From: Elsinoe ampelina
Lineage: Eukaryota
Assembly (NCBI GenBank): GCA_010093995.1
Contig: ML992503.1
Span: 1,293,234-1,357,233, forward strand
Direction: 5' to 3'
Length of the DNA stretch: 64,000 nucleotides
Positions 1 through 12,449 of this stretch are shown here, piece after piece. The notes beneath the pieces were generated by a model, which was not told where the DNA came from, made no database searches, and worked only from the letters and a program-made list of their open reading frames with translations. Both the position numbers and the translations under genes were made by a program. The stretch's first letter is position 1. Every line of letters starts with the position of its first letter.

Positions 1-703
1 CCCTTTTTGCTAGTATCAATTTCCTCAAACACCTATTGACATATGATTCCCCCCCTGATTTCCATTCGTGCTGCACTGCAATTCTTTACATATCATCCCA
101 TTCGTTTCGGTTCTGTGTCTCGAAGTGTCCACTGGAGTGCTTCCTCCACGTAGTCAATGCCTTTGAATCCACCAGACGAGCACGAGCCTCGGCCAGGCCG
201 TGGTTTAGTCTTTGTTTCTATGTGGAGAGATGTTCAATTTCGACCTTTCGCAAAGAGTCGGTCCTTCCGTCGATTCCCAAGCCATGGTAGCTTCCTCACT
301 CAATCACAAGCTCTGTTTAGGATTCTGAGACAGTGGTTGGTAGTGACAAAGGGCTACACAAAGCGTTGTTCCACCATGACAAAGGTGCTATTCACATAAC
401 AGGCGCTCACAGATCTCATCAAAGAATGTTTGCACAGCAATGAAAGAGAGGCGAGACAATGTTAGTACGGTGAAAGGCTCGCACAAAGAACAGCGGTGCA
501 AGAAATCTCAGGCAGCTTGGGATTTTCTGTTTCACTTCATCCATATAAGCTGACAAGATGTCGCTATCAACGTCCTTCCTCTCTCCAAGCTCTGGACCAC
601 GTACGCCTCTGCTTCCGCCCCGACAGTACGTAACCCCATCTATCCTCTCAACCCACGACAACACTCTCTCAACACTCTTGGGCCGGTCCCATCATCTTCC
701 GTC

Positions 704-2284
704 ATGTCATCCATCTGCCCTGTGTGCAACACTCAACATGGGGACGTCGATACGATGGTAGCTCACATCATGCAGGAACATGATGCCAACCGCCCCTTCT
801 TCTGCACGGTATGCCCTAGGCACTTCAGCACAGCCGCAGCCCGTAACAAGCACGAAGTCGAGCACAGCCAATCCTCCAGCTCTGACTCTAGCAGCAGCTC
901 TGGTAGCAACAATGCTTCTTCAGGCCTCTCGTCGGTCCACACCACCCCTGAGCCACAGCCAGGGTTCATGGGTACGACTCGTGCTCGAGCGCTCGCTGAA
1001 GTCTTGTCGCGCATTGCACCAGCTCTTCCTCCGAACCGTGGGTTGATTCCTCACCACATTGATTCACCGCAGCGTGACGCCCTGGACGCTGCTGCAAGGA
1101 CCTTGGCCGACATCTATGGTTTCCCCCACGTTCTTCGAGTCCAAGACTTGGATCAGCACATGGCCACACTGGATGAGGCTCTGCTCCAAGTCCGTGAAGA
1201 CCCGATGATTCGTACCATGCCTGCCATCCTGGACCGTCTTGCCCGTCTGCACGGCCGATGGATCAAGCTCCGTCAACTCCTTCTGACTCAGCTTGGCCAT
1301 GACTTCCACTCCACCAGGGGTGACATCCGCGACATTATGGTCGAGCTCAGTGCGATCGCTCGTAACCTGGACTTCAACAAAGATGATGTCGACGACGAGT
1401 CTGATGATCTCGCACAGTACGAGTTCACTCTGTACACCATCTACTTCTTCCGCATCATCTTCCTGGACATGCCGGAAATCGCCACTGGGAATGCCGGTGT
1501 CGCTGAGACGCTTGCTGACGCCGCACCCGGTGCCGAGCAGTATGCCGGGGAGAACCAGATCGACGAACAAGGTGAGTTTGCTCCTGACCCATTCGCTGAC
1601 GCTGTAGTTCATCAAGCTGTAGCCGAGCCTGCAGCCGACCTCATGCCGACCCTCACAGCGGGATTCCGCCCACAGCTCCCTGACCGTATGGACACTTTTG
1701 GGGACCTAGAACCCGTGCTTTTCCGCGTCAGGTCTGCGAACCCGACCACTGTTACCAATCAGAGGGATCCCTTGACCGCAGGTATGCTGCAGTGTCTGCT
1801 CGCCGCTTTGCCAAGGGCGCAGTACGAACAGTTCCGGAACCAGCGGGAGTGCATGCACGCTCTCTACCGCGCCGACGGGCTGCTGCTCCATGTTCCATAC
1901 ACCAACGAGCCGTTCGCCTGCGACGTCTGCCGAACCGGCTTCCCTGACCTTGAGCACTTCCTCCGCCACATGCACGGCAACCACATGGTTGGACCTACCC
2001 TCCACTGCCTCTGCGGTGTCTGCACGACTGTTTTCAGCGGTCAACATGATAACGTTCAGGCGGCACTGAACGAGCTCTACCAGAGGTGGCTTGCCATCGA
2101 CCCTCTTGCTCTACAGAAGGGTGCGGATGGTGTCGAGAACATGGCTGTGCCACTGTTCGCCCAGCCCGACGGTGGCGTAGCCCTGGGCCTTCGCGACAGG
2201 CTCTTTGAGCAGCTGCAAGACACTGCGCTGAGTGCGCTCTGGGGCATCAACACTGATCCATTTGGGCGTGCTCCGCGAGAGTAA
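704..2284 (+). CDS. Lineage-specific C2H2 zinc-finger protein (526 aa, apparently intronless)
   Basis: Two N-terminal fingers (CPVC..HIMQEH; CTVC..HEVEH), a Ser-rich linker and a third finger near the C-terminus (FACDVCRTGFPDLEHFLRHMHGNH); long ORF with C/G-ending codons. Confidence 0.75.
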   Translation: MSSICPVCNTQHGDVDTMVAHIMQEHDANRPFFCTVCPRHFSTAAARNKHEVEHSQSSSSDSSSSSGSNNASSGLSSVHTTPEPQPGFMGTTRARALAEVLSRIAPALPPNRGLIPHHIDSPQRDALDAAARTLADIYGFPHVLRVQDLDQHMATLDEALLQVREDPMIRTMPAILDRLARLHGRWIKLRQLLLTQLGHDFHSTRGDIRDIMVELSAIARNLDFNKDDVDDESDDLAQYEFTLYTIYFFRIIFLDMPEIATGNAGVAETLADAAPGAEQYAGENQIDEQGEFAPDPFADAVVHQAVAEPAADLMPTLTAGFRPQLPDRMDTFGDLEPVLFRVRSANPTTVTNQRDPLTAGMLQCLLAALPRAQYEQFRNQRECMHALYRADGLLLHVPYTNEPFACDVCRTGFPDLEHFLRHMHGNHMVGPTLHCLCGVCTTVFSGQHDNVQAALNELYQRWLAIDPLALQKGADGVENMAVPLFAQPDGGVALGLRDRLFEQLQDTALSALWGINTDPFGRAPRE

Positions 2285-3765
2285 GAGTGTGCAGCATGAC
2301 ACGACGCACCGGGGGGCATTCATGTGACGGATGTCCCTGACTGATGAACTGTACTGCGATGAAAACGCGATGAGATGCTAGGAAGCGTCGAGGTGAGTGA
2401 TGATACTGAGCTGACAGTTCACAGCAGATCTGAGGATCCATGGTGTGTCATGGTAAGTGGTATGTCTGTTTCTTTCTCTCTTTGCTGGTGGGTATTTTTG
2501 TACTTTTAGCCAGCTCTCTGTAGCTATCTTCCGATGATAATGCCGGATGAACAATGAAAAATGTCTGCCTTGATGGCGACTTACTCAACCTGATGGTCCC
2601 TTTCCCTGCCTTGCCAATGTGATTACTATCGATCGACCTACCTTGCACATGTAGGATGGCTTATGTCATCCAAGACCGCTGACTCTGAATAATTTCTCCG
2701 CCGCACTGTATCGCGATCGAAGCAGAGATCGATTCTCTCGGCGTGACTTGGACCGAGCTGCGAGATGAATCCTTCGCACATGCCCACACACACGGCAGGA
2801 CGGCACGGCCATTGAAACGATGCACAAGGTGCACAATGTGGGCAAGTCGATTTCATCACATCTATGCAGTGCTTCGTCCTATCTTATTTGCTCTGTCTTG
2901 TATCTTCACAAATGTTTGCATCATGGTTTTCACACTGACAGAGGTCGTCGGGGCAGCCCTCAAAATGACGTCGTTCAAGCTTTTCATACAAGGTAGGCTT
3001 GCGGGTGGCGTCCCGCCGACGACACCCATCATCCATGGCGCAAATTGGCTCACAACAAGATGAAAGGAACTCTGTCAATTCCTGAACCACAGAGCACGCT
3101 GCCGCGATCCGGATTATGCCTTCTCTCTGATCTTCTCAAGCCGCCATCCGGCATGCACTCATCCCGTTCCAACAACACCCATGGTTCCTCCAATGACGCT
3201 TGCACCATTCCAGCATTGCGAGTATTCGCGTCATCTTTCCATGCCATGCCATGCAGGTGAGCTGCGGGGTCCGGGGCACTTGTGTGCTACGACATCCATG
3301 CTCCGTCTGCAGCTTCGATGGCCTTCTCCACTACCAGCACAGTGCAGAAGCAGCTCCACCTTGTCAACAACCAATGAAGCATTCCAATCCCATCCAAGAG
3401 CGGGCGCGGGCGCGGCACCCGGACATGGGCCTTGTTTTCCAGCACGTTACACCGAACCACACGATCTGCATTCCTCCTGCCTGTCACGCCAACCAGCTCC
3501 AGCCTGACACGGACGCTAAACGACGTCGAACCTGACCCGAGCTGCAGCCCTCGCTGTCACTGGTCGCTTGCGCATGGTCATGTGCGGACTCGCGGTCACT
3601 TTTGCGATCAACACCTGCGTGCTTGTTGTTCAGGGGTGGAGAACGTAGGCCAAGTGGCAGCGGCTGAGGTAGGTTCATAAACCCGGGTTTGTGCCCGATC
3701 TTGAATAGGTCGTGTTTGTTCATACTCTTTGCACTGTCCGCTGGCTTTTGGGAAGTGCAGCAATC

Positions 3766-5540
3766 ATGTACAAGACGGGGAATATCTATGTCATCACGGC
3801 CATCTCCATTATTGGAGGTGCGCTGTTTGGCTTTGATATCTCGTCCATTTCGGCGATTATCGCGACGCAGTCGTACAGATGTTATTTCAATCAGCAGGGT
3901 TTAGACGATGCTGGACAGTGTCTGGGGCCTCGGCCTGATGTGCAGGGTGGTATCACGGCGTCTATGGCGGGTGGTTCGTGGTTGGGTGCGCTCATCTCGG
4001 GCCTGATTTCGGATTACTTTGGTCGTAAGACTACGATTCAGATTGGGGCTGTTATCTGGTGGGTGGACACATTCAGAGGGTACTATTCGGATGACTTTGC
4101 TGACAGTGAGTAGGATCATCGGCTCTGTCATCTCCGCCGCCAGTCAGAACATCGCCATGCTCATCGTGGGTCGTATCATCAACGGTCTCTGCGTGGGGAT
4201 CTGCTCGGCGCAAGTCCCTGTCTACATCGCTGAGATTGCGCCTCCCTCCAAGCGAGGCAGACTCATTGGCGCTCAGGTATGCAGCTTTGATGACTACCAG
4301 TACAGAGACTGCTGACTAGTCTCCAGCAATGGGCCATCACTTGGGGTATCATGATCATGTTCTACATCAGCTACGGCTGTGCCGCGACACTGACAGACGA
4401 CCGGGTCTTCCGCATCCCATGGGGTGTCCAAGCTGTCCCCGGTTTCTTGCTTCTGATCGGCATGTTCATCCTTCCAGAATCGCCCCGTTGGCTGGCAAGC
4501 AAAGACCGCTGGGAGGAATGCGAATCAGTACTTGCCCTCACCCACGGCATGGGCGACAAGAATAGCCCATTCGTCCGCCGCGAGTTCGAGGACATTCGCG
4601 AATGGGTCAGGTTGGAGAAGGAGGCTGCCAGCGTTTCCTACCTGGAGCTCTTCAAGCCTCGCATGATCAACCGCACACACATTGGTCTCTTCACTCAGAT
4701 CTGGTCTCAGTTGACGGGTATGAATGTTATGATGTACTACATCACGTGAGTCCATCTATATATTGTATCTCCACGTCCATCCCACTAACCACCACTAGCT
4801 ACGTCTTCGCCATGGCCGGCTTGACCTCAAACGCCAACCTCCTCGCATCCTCGATCCAGTACGTCATCAACGTAGTCATGACCGTCCCCGCCCTCCTCTT
4901 CATGGACCGCTGGGGTCGTCGCCCTACACTTCTCGTCGGCGCCGCCCTGATGGCCACCTGGCTCTTCGCCAACGCCGGCATCCTCGGTCGTTACGGAACC
5001 TACCCCGGCCCAGGCGGTGTAGGTGGCATCCCCGAAGCTTCGACGGAAGTACGAGGCGCTGCCTCCAAAGCCGTCATCGCCTGCTCCTACCTCTTCGTCG
5101 CCTCATACGCCCCAACCTGGGGACCCGTCTCCTGGACTTACCCACCAGAGCTCTTCCCCAACCGTGTCCGTGGCAAGGCCGTCGCGCTCGCTACCTCCGG
5201 TAACTGGGCATTCAACTTCGCTCTAGGCTACTTTGTCCCTCCGGCTTTTGTCAACATCCGTTGGCAGGTGTACATCATCTTTGGCGTTTTTTGCGTGGCC
5301 ATGTTCGTCCATGTCTATTTCATGTTCCCGGAGACGGCTGGAAAGCGTCTTGAAGAGGTCACTGAGATCTTTGAGGATCCTAATGGACTGCCATATATCG
5401 GAACACCGGCTTGGAAGACCAGAAACACTTGGGGTGCTGCAAGGGCTATGGAGAAGACTGGACATGGGTTGGAGAAGACGCTCAGCAACGATCACAGTCC
5501 GGAGAGGCATGAGACTACTGCTACGAAGGATATGGTTTAG
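3766..5540 (+). CDS. HGT1: MFS sugar porter, HGT1-like high-affinity glucose transporter; introns 4059-4113, 4277-4326, 4746-4798
   Basis: GGALFGFDISS, DYFGRK, GRIINGLCVG, PVYIAEIAPPSKRG, PESPRWL, QLTGMNVMMYY, DRWGRR and PETAGKRLEE motifs; three GT-AG introns join the ORF pieces in frame. Confidence 0.9.
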
Positions 5541-5998
5541 CGTGCGGAATAGAATGGTCGTGGAGATGGAGATTGACCATGTTGGTGGCAGGCAGTATTA
5601 TCAAGGGAGAGAAAGACGGCATAGTGAGTGTGTGCAACAGATACACCAAGCTCTAATGTTATTATCCTCTCTCCCCGAATGTTCTATCGCAAGTAAACGG
5701 CCTATTTGTGATATGCAAAGTGTTCAGTGCAAAGAACGTCGCCGCCTTGAAAGTCTTGGCATTGTTTGTATCACATGTCAGCCACGACCTATTGTCATCG
5801 CAGAACAATACCATCTCCCAAGCCCCACCAAATCATAAAACCACTTCTTCCTTCTTGCAACTACCTCTCCAATCCACCATCTTTCACGTCCAGCAAATCA
5901 CACTTCTCCACCACCACCACCAAACCCACCTCCCAGCAGTACCTCCTCCCCCTCCCTACCCCAATACCTACCATCCACTAACCCCCCCAGCTCACACC

Positions 5999-6598
5999 AT
6001 GGAGCGCACCATCCACGAAGTCCCCCCCACCATCCTCGTCACAGTCCGCGACCACCCGCGCCCCATCCCCTGGCCCTCCGCCTCCATCGACGGCATGGGT
6101 CTCCTCACCGAAATAACCACCACCGGCACCCTCAACCTCTCCCAGACCGGCCGCACCGCCTTCGAGATCATGGTCCGCTGGGCCGAAGACGGCACCGTCG
6201 CGCCCCACCTCGAGCGTCTCCCGTCCAAGACCAACGTGCCGCAACTCCTCGCCGATCTGGGGCAATTGTTCGGTGCGACGTGTGAGCCGTTCGGGGACGA
6301 GGTGGGCGGGGAAGTCAGGGCTTGGTTGTTGGGGAAGAGGGGGTTGACGGGGTGGGATTTGATGTGTTTGGAGGAGGTTTTTGAGGGGGGGGATGTGGTG
6401 GAGGAGAGGATGGAGGGGTTGATGGTGGATTGGTTTGTGAAGAATGGGTTGACGCCTTTGAGCGAGGGGGCGGTGAGGAGGTATGCGAGGCAGGCGCCGA
6501 GTTTCGTGGCGTTTTTGTTGTGTGAGTGTGTCAAGGAGGCGGGGTTTTTGCAGGGGAAGAAGGAGAGGATGGTGGGGGAGGGGTTTATGGTTGAGTGA
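5999..6598 (+). CDS. Divergent BTB/POZ-like protein, paralog of the next gene
   Basis: ATG at 5999 within ORF 5708-6598; TLNLSQTGRTAFEIMVRW resembles the BTB I.L.....AF..++.W segment; aligns by eye with 6851-7706. Confidence 0.6.
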   Translation: MERTIHEVPPTILVTVRDHPRPIPWPSASIDGMGLLTEITTTGTLNLSQTGRTAFEIMVRWAEDGTVAPHLERLPSKTNVPQLLADLGQLFGATCEPFGDEVGGEVRAWLLGKRGLTGWDLMCLEEVFEGGDVVEERMEGLMVDWFVKNGLTPLSEGAVRRYARQAPSFVAFLLCECVKEAGFLQGKKERMVGEGFMVE

Positions 6599-6850
6599 GA
6601 AAGGGGGATGGTATGGCGGTGTTCTGTGTAGGATGTGTGTCTGGTCGGAGGACGGGCATAGTGCTGCTGTTACTAGTGCTTTCAGGCTGTCGAAGCCGGC
6701 GAGCTGGAAGTGCGGGACAGTGGCGTCAGATGCCAGCACATAGTCGACGTAGCACACAATGGCATGTGAAAGACATACTCACGTGAGGGTGTCGAGCTTC
6801 TCTCACCTTCTCGATTCACCTTCAGCCCTCCTCCTTCACCGTTTGCGTTT

Positions 6851-7706
6851 ATGGACTACGACGATTACACAGATTGGTCATCAGCAAACACCATCGCACA
6901 AGAGATCATTGATATGATGGAGCCCAGTAAGTGCCCCGTGTTGTGTGCTCCATGTTCAGACTCACATCGTTCCAGTTCAGCGCACCCCGACCAAGACGTA
7001 CATGGCAGTCTACCTCAAAGATGAAGTCGACTACGTCAGCGTCGACCGCGCCACACTAGCGTCGACAAATCTCCTCTCGTACAGCGTGAGCGAAAAGGTA
7101 ATTGAACTGAACTCTGTCCCCAAAGCCGCTTTCGACGTTTTCCTCAACTGGGCCAATGGAGAGGATCCGAAGACCTGCGTTGAGACTGGATCGAACACTG
7201 GTGATATCGGCTACTTTCTTATCGACCTCTGGAAGTTCAAGGATCTGGTCGGGAACAAGTTCCACACCGCTGTCGTCCACGGCGTGGCCTCGTACCTCCT
7301 CAGGTACCGCGGACTCACAAGCAGCGATCTGGTCTCCATCAACCAGATCTTCTACAAGCAAGACAGCGAGTTTCACCACCTCAAAGTCATGGTCTGTGAC
7401 TGGATCATCAAGAAGAATCTGGTGCAGTACGATGATGAGGCGCTGATCAGGACTGTGAGGAAGGCTCCCCTGGCTGGAGCTTACATCATCAGGAGGATGA
7501 ATGAGGATCCAAAGTGGTTGGAGAAGCGCAAGGAGAGGTTGAAGAGCCACTTGGGCGACAAGGAAGAGAATTCACCAGCAAAGAAAGGACCTATCAGCCC
7601 AGAACCCTTTCAAGACGTTCCTGTGTCGGCGCAGAAGGGCAAGGGATTCAGGTCGGTTTCGATGACCACAGAGCCAGGCGGAGGGAACAGTCCGGCATTC
7701 ATATGA
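6851..7706 (+). CDS. Divergent BTB/POZ-like protein; intron 6927-6975
   Basis: ATG 6851 exon joins ORF 6945-7706 in frame through GTAAGT..CTCAC..CAG; VIELNSVPKAAFDVFLNW and LIDLWKF are BTB-like. Confidence 0.65.
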
Positions 7707-8199
7707 GTGGTAGTCATTGCCACAACTTACTACCAGAAGACGACCCGTCTGGTAGTATTTGAGCGGGATGGGCGCATGGTTCGATCCAGATAGGCATAGC
7801 AAATAGCAATGAAGCCACTTTGCAGTGTCTGGGAAGGATATCTCGACCTCGGCTAGAGCTACCTGTGCTCGGCTGTACCTGCCACTGCTCGCGCCACCTA
7901 AGTCACCACACCTGTAGTTTAACTTCACTCAGTCGACGTGCGGTGAGTTATTGCAGTACCTTGACTACATGCTTATGATATAGACCAAGTAGGTCGATCT
8001 TCAATGACCACGGGTCACGTGGCTTCGTGGTGTTGAAGAAGCGAATCTCACATGGTGACTTGACTTCATGTTTGCTTTTTCTTGGGCTCAGATACCCATC
8101 TCGAGTCACAAATGAGATGGCGTCTACATCCGTGTAGCTCAGCCTCAGAGAAATCATCATAGCATTGTCGAACTATTGCAATCAGATCTCTACAACAAC

Positions 8200-9632
8200 G
8201 ATGGGAGGTCAATCGCTACGTCGTCGCCCGCTGAGGCGAGATACGCCAGTCGGACGGCGAAGATCTACTCCAAAGGACTCTTCCATTCCGCGTGAAGATA
8301 CGGCGACGGATACCCAGACGATCAACAATGTCCAAAATGTTGACGCTTCCGCCATCCAAGAGTCACAAACATCGCCTGCCCCATTCGCATTCCAGTATGA
8401 TAACGGCCAAGGCACAACGTCAAGCACTCCATCGACGGAACAATATTCCACGCCAATGGCGGAAGCTTTTCACGCGGAACAGTATCCGCCAATCGAATGG
8501 GATATATCAACTCCCGAAGACCCCCCTCATCCACCGCGTAAAAGGGTCAAGACCACTCGCACGATCCACGATGTTGAAAGCATTGATGAACTCGGCCATG
8601 AATATCCAGGAACTTCGACCAGTTCATCGGCGATCCAGCATGACAGTGCATATGGTATTGCATCAAACACTCCACCAGGCGCAACAATTAACCTTACGAC
8701 CGAGCTTGATGCTCCTCCCGAAGCTTCCATATCGGCTGACTTTCTTCCCGATATCCCAACCCAAGCTCCCTTACCCGCCAGTCTTCTCCCAGTGAAGGCA
8801 GTCGAGCCAACACCACGCACCAGCACCGCGTCCCTGACCATCCGCCACCTCACGTACGTCACCCCTCCTCCACCCCCCCAGCCCCGTCACTAACAACCCC
8901 AGCCACAACCCCACCCAAGACTACATCACCATCATCGCCGGCGCCTCCATCCTCAACTCCACCGCGCTCATCCTCGCCCACCGCCCCAGCCTCACCCTCC
9001 TCTCCCCCTTCTTCACCCACCTCCTCGGCCCCCACCCCCCGGGCCCCCTCACGGTACACCTCCCCTCCGAACCCCCCTCCCTCATCGCCTCCTACATCGA
9101 CTTCACCCACTCCCACGTCCTCCCCTCCACCCTCCTCCCCATCTCCACCGGCCTCTCCACGACCTTCAAACACCTCGCTTCCATGTGGGTCTTCGGCGCA
9201 AAGACCTCCTCCGCGACCTTCTGCAACGCCATCGTCGACCGCATCATGTTGCTCCGCGTCATGGCCGAGGACGAACGTCTCGCGCCGGGCATGGGTAAGG
9301 GGTGGGACGAGGATACGTGGGGTTACATGGATGGTATCGCGCCGCTGGCGGGGAGGGTGGAAGGCGGGAATAAGTTGAGGATGTTGGTGAGGGAGTGGTT
9401 TTCCAGGGAGGTCAAGAGGGCCACGGGCGAGAGGTTGAGGTGGAGTAATGAGGGGCTTTGGAAGGCGATGCAGGAGGCGGACAAGGTCGGGGTGAGGTGG
9501 GAGGTGGATGGGAGGGCGGTGGGTGGGAGGCTCGCGGGGCCTGGGGAGGTGGAGTTGGGGAAGTATCATGTTAGGGAGGAGTGGTTGGGGGGTGGGGAGG
9601 TGGAGGTGAGTGTTGAACAGGGAATGATGTGA
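8200..9632 (+). CDS. Protein with disordered N-terminus and BTB/POZ-like domain; intron 8854-8902
   Basis: Intron GTACGT..CTAAC..CAG joins ORF 8165-8893 to the frame of 9183-9632, giving LAHRPSLTLLSPFF..VHLPSEPPSLIASYIDF..LASMWVFGAK..FCNAIVDRI, a fungal BTB pattern. Confidence 0.7.
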
Positions 9633-10274
9633 GATTCAAGCATTGCCGTCTTTGAACTGGGGACAGGCTCTCCGTGAAGGGAACATGAATGAATGATTGA
9701 CGAAGCATGGCAAGCCGCACCGCAGAAGCAAAGGAGGATTCAATAAATTTCATTCCGCCAGCGACTCGCGCTCGGCAACTTTACTTCAATCATGTTTGCT
9801 AGACCGCAACAAAACTATAATCAGACACGAAGGCGAGAGATCGCGACTAAGAGAGGGAGGTATAGTATCAGAAAGAGTCCCGAAAACGTACGCCGACGCC
9901 ATGACCATCGTGAATACCCCTCTTGCTTCCTTCCATCATGCAGGCTCTCCTTGCCCTTCCAGCCATCCTGTCCCAACGCCGTTATAATAGACACTAACTA
10001 ATTGTTCCGCGCATCCGAGCTCGGAGGAGAGTCGAATGACGCAGAGGAACGAACCGGTCGAAGCTGGGAACAGTGGTTGCGGAGAAGTCGGTATATTCTT
10101 GCTTCTCTTCTCGGAAAACTTGAAGATCCAGATCCATCAGAAATTATCGCAAAAGCCTCGCATGTCGATTTCGTGAGGCGGCTGGTTTGACAAAGGAAAA
10201 GGGTGGTCATGAACAGGTCGCATGGCGCGTTCTGGTATCAGACGGCCGTCAAAATTGGTGTGAGCACAGGCTCT

Positions 10275-12449
10275 CTAAAGGCTGGCAGGGTCGATGGTGC
10301 CATATTGCACGAACTGCTGCATCTCTTGCTCCTGTTGGTCGGCATCGTCCGGATTGGCCAACGGAGAATGATACGTCTGGTTGGCTGGCGTTTGGAACTT
10401 GCTCTGCATATTTTGGGTTGCAGGAGTCTGGTAATTCGAGCTGTCGCCCATTGGAGCAGGCGAGTGATACATGCTCGAATCGAAGGCGTTGTCCTTGGGA
10501 GTGTGAAACGCGTCGTGAGGAGATGTGAAGGAGATGCCAGAGTCCTGGTGATGCGCACTATGCGTCGGGGTCTGGTATGGCAACTGACCTTCGTGAGTGC
10601 GGAAAGGAAGCTCCATCTTGCCTGATGAAGGAGGAGGAGAGAAAGTGAATTCGTCGCTGAAAGTAGCGTTGTACTGGTACTCGCTGAGTGGTGACTTGAA
10701 GGCATGCATGGGTTTCGAAACGTCCAACGATAAGGCATCATCGGCAAGCGATGGGTGCTCGCCAGGAGTGCTGAAGATATCGGCAGACTGGCTGCGAACG
10801 TTGAAAGGCGGTGAGTGGTCAGCAATGACTGGATCTCCGCTCATGATCGAGAGAGGAGTGTTGCTGGTGCCAATCATGTTTGAAGCATCGACGTTCAAGA
10901 AAGAGCTGGTGACAGGCGTGCTGAAAGCTTGTGGCTCAGCTGGGTGACCACCGAAGAAAGCAGGAGTGCCAAATTCACTGGGCGAGTTGAGAGTGGTTGC
11001 AGACATCGGACCAGCGAAGTGTCTGAAATCCATCCCGTACTGTGCAGAAGTGTCAATGCTAAGGTTAGGACCAACAGGGCCTTGAGCAAAGTTGTGGTGA
11101 TGCTGAGGAATCGGCGCAAAAATGGCAGTGTCGTTCTGTGGTGCAGGAGTTTGAGGACCTTGCTGTTGCTGGATGACGAAAGAAGGCATTGGTTGACGGA
11201 GCATCGAGAAGTCGACCGCGACAGGCACGGATCGGGATCGCTGTCGCTTATGTCCACGCGGTGCAGGAGGTCCCATAAGACCGGGCTGGTGTTCTGGGAA
11301 CATCTGTTGCGGGTGTACCATGTGATTTGGCTGACTTGCTGGACGGTGTCCGATAGGCGATACTGGTGCCGAAAGGGTTAGAGCAGGGTTGAGCAAGTGT
11401 CGGTTCTGGAAAGCATCAAGAGAGACGAGCTTAGCCAGCTGACCACTGAGAATCTTTGATGGACCACCCAGTGTGTGTGTAAGGACACGACTGGCCTGTT
11501 GATCTTCAGTGAAATCACTGCACTCGTAGAATCCTCCACCACCAGATCCATCCATATAGAACTTGGGCGGGCGGTTGAGCTCGACCACAAGCGATCCCAT
11601 CTGTTGTGACGCGCCTTCAGCAGCTGTATTCATGTCACCCTGGACAAGGTTGATATTCCTGATCCAGGCAAAGGGGTACTCAATCTTGTAGCCGGCGGAG
11701 TCATTGTTGATGTAGTAGGTCACACAAGCCTTTTCGGGCGAGTAGAAGATGATCAAGTCCATCTGACTTTGACCCACGCGGCGCCACGAGCCAATCGATA
11801 GGGAACGGCAGTTGAAATGCTGGATGACTGGGAATTGTCAGATGTGTCTGAAGACGTTTAGCAAATATTCACTTACCAACTTTACCAGAAGAAGTGTCAG
11901 TGTTGAGGCTCATGGCACCATTGCCATAGCCAGCGAAGCCAGAGTTCATCATGCCTGGAAAGAAAGGCTTGCCAGATTCCATGGCCTGCATTGCCAGATG
12001 ACGGCGCATTGACTCGGGTATGCTTTCGCAATCCTCGCCATTTTCAATGCTCTTTCGCGCAATGTTCTTTATCTTTGCTCGTCTAGGAACTGTCAGTGAG
12101 TGATCCGAGAGGACGAGCGATGTACATACCGGTTCTGGAACCAGATCTGAACAGACCTTTCGGTCATGTTGATCTCGGATGCTATCCGTTCACGGACCAG
12201 GGCGGTCGGCGTGGGGTTCTTGTTGAATTCATGTTCTAGGGTGACCAATTGGTCTTGTGTAGCCCGCTGCCTCTTTGAATTCTTCTGCTGTTGTGTGAGA
12301 GTGCTCTTGCGAGGTGGTCTGCGGGGGTTCGATAGGCTTTGAATGGCGGGATTCGAAGGAGTAGGGGTGCCAGGTCCCTGCTTGATCTCTGGAGAGTCTG
12401 ACTGTACAGAGTCTGCAGGATCGCTCATGTTGTCCGAAACTGGGTCCAT
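10275..12449 (-). CDS. Homeobox transcription factor, Pho2/Hoy1-like; introns 12083-12129 and 11828-11876
   Basis: Homeodomain [39 protein letters not shown] across intron 1; conserved [27 protein letters not shown] region follows. Confidence 0.88.

Noticed and set aside
3240..3700. CreA-type SYGGRG sites upstream of the sugar transporter
   Set aside because: Only isolated degenerate hexamers, expected by chance at this GC content.
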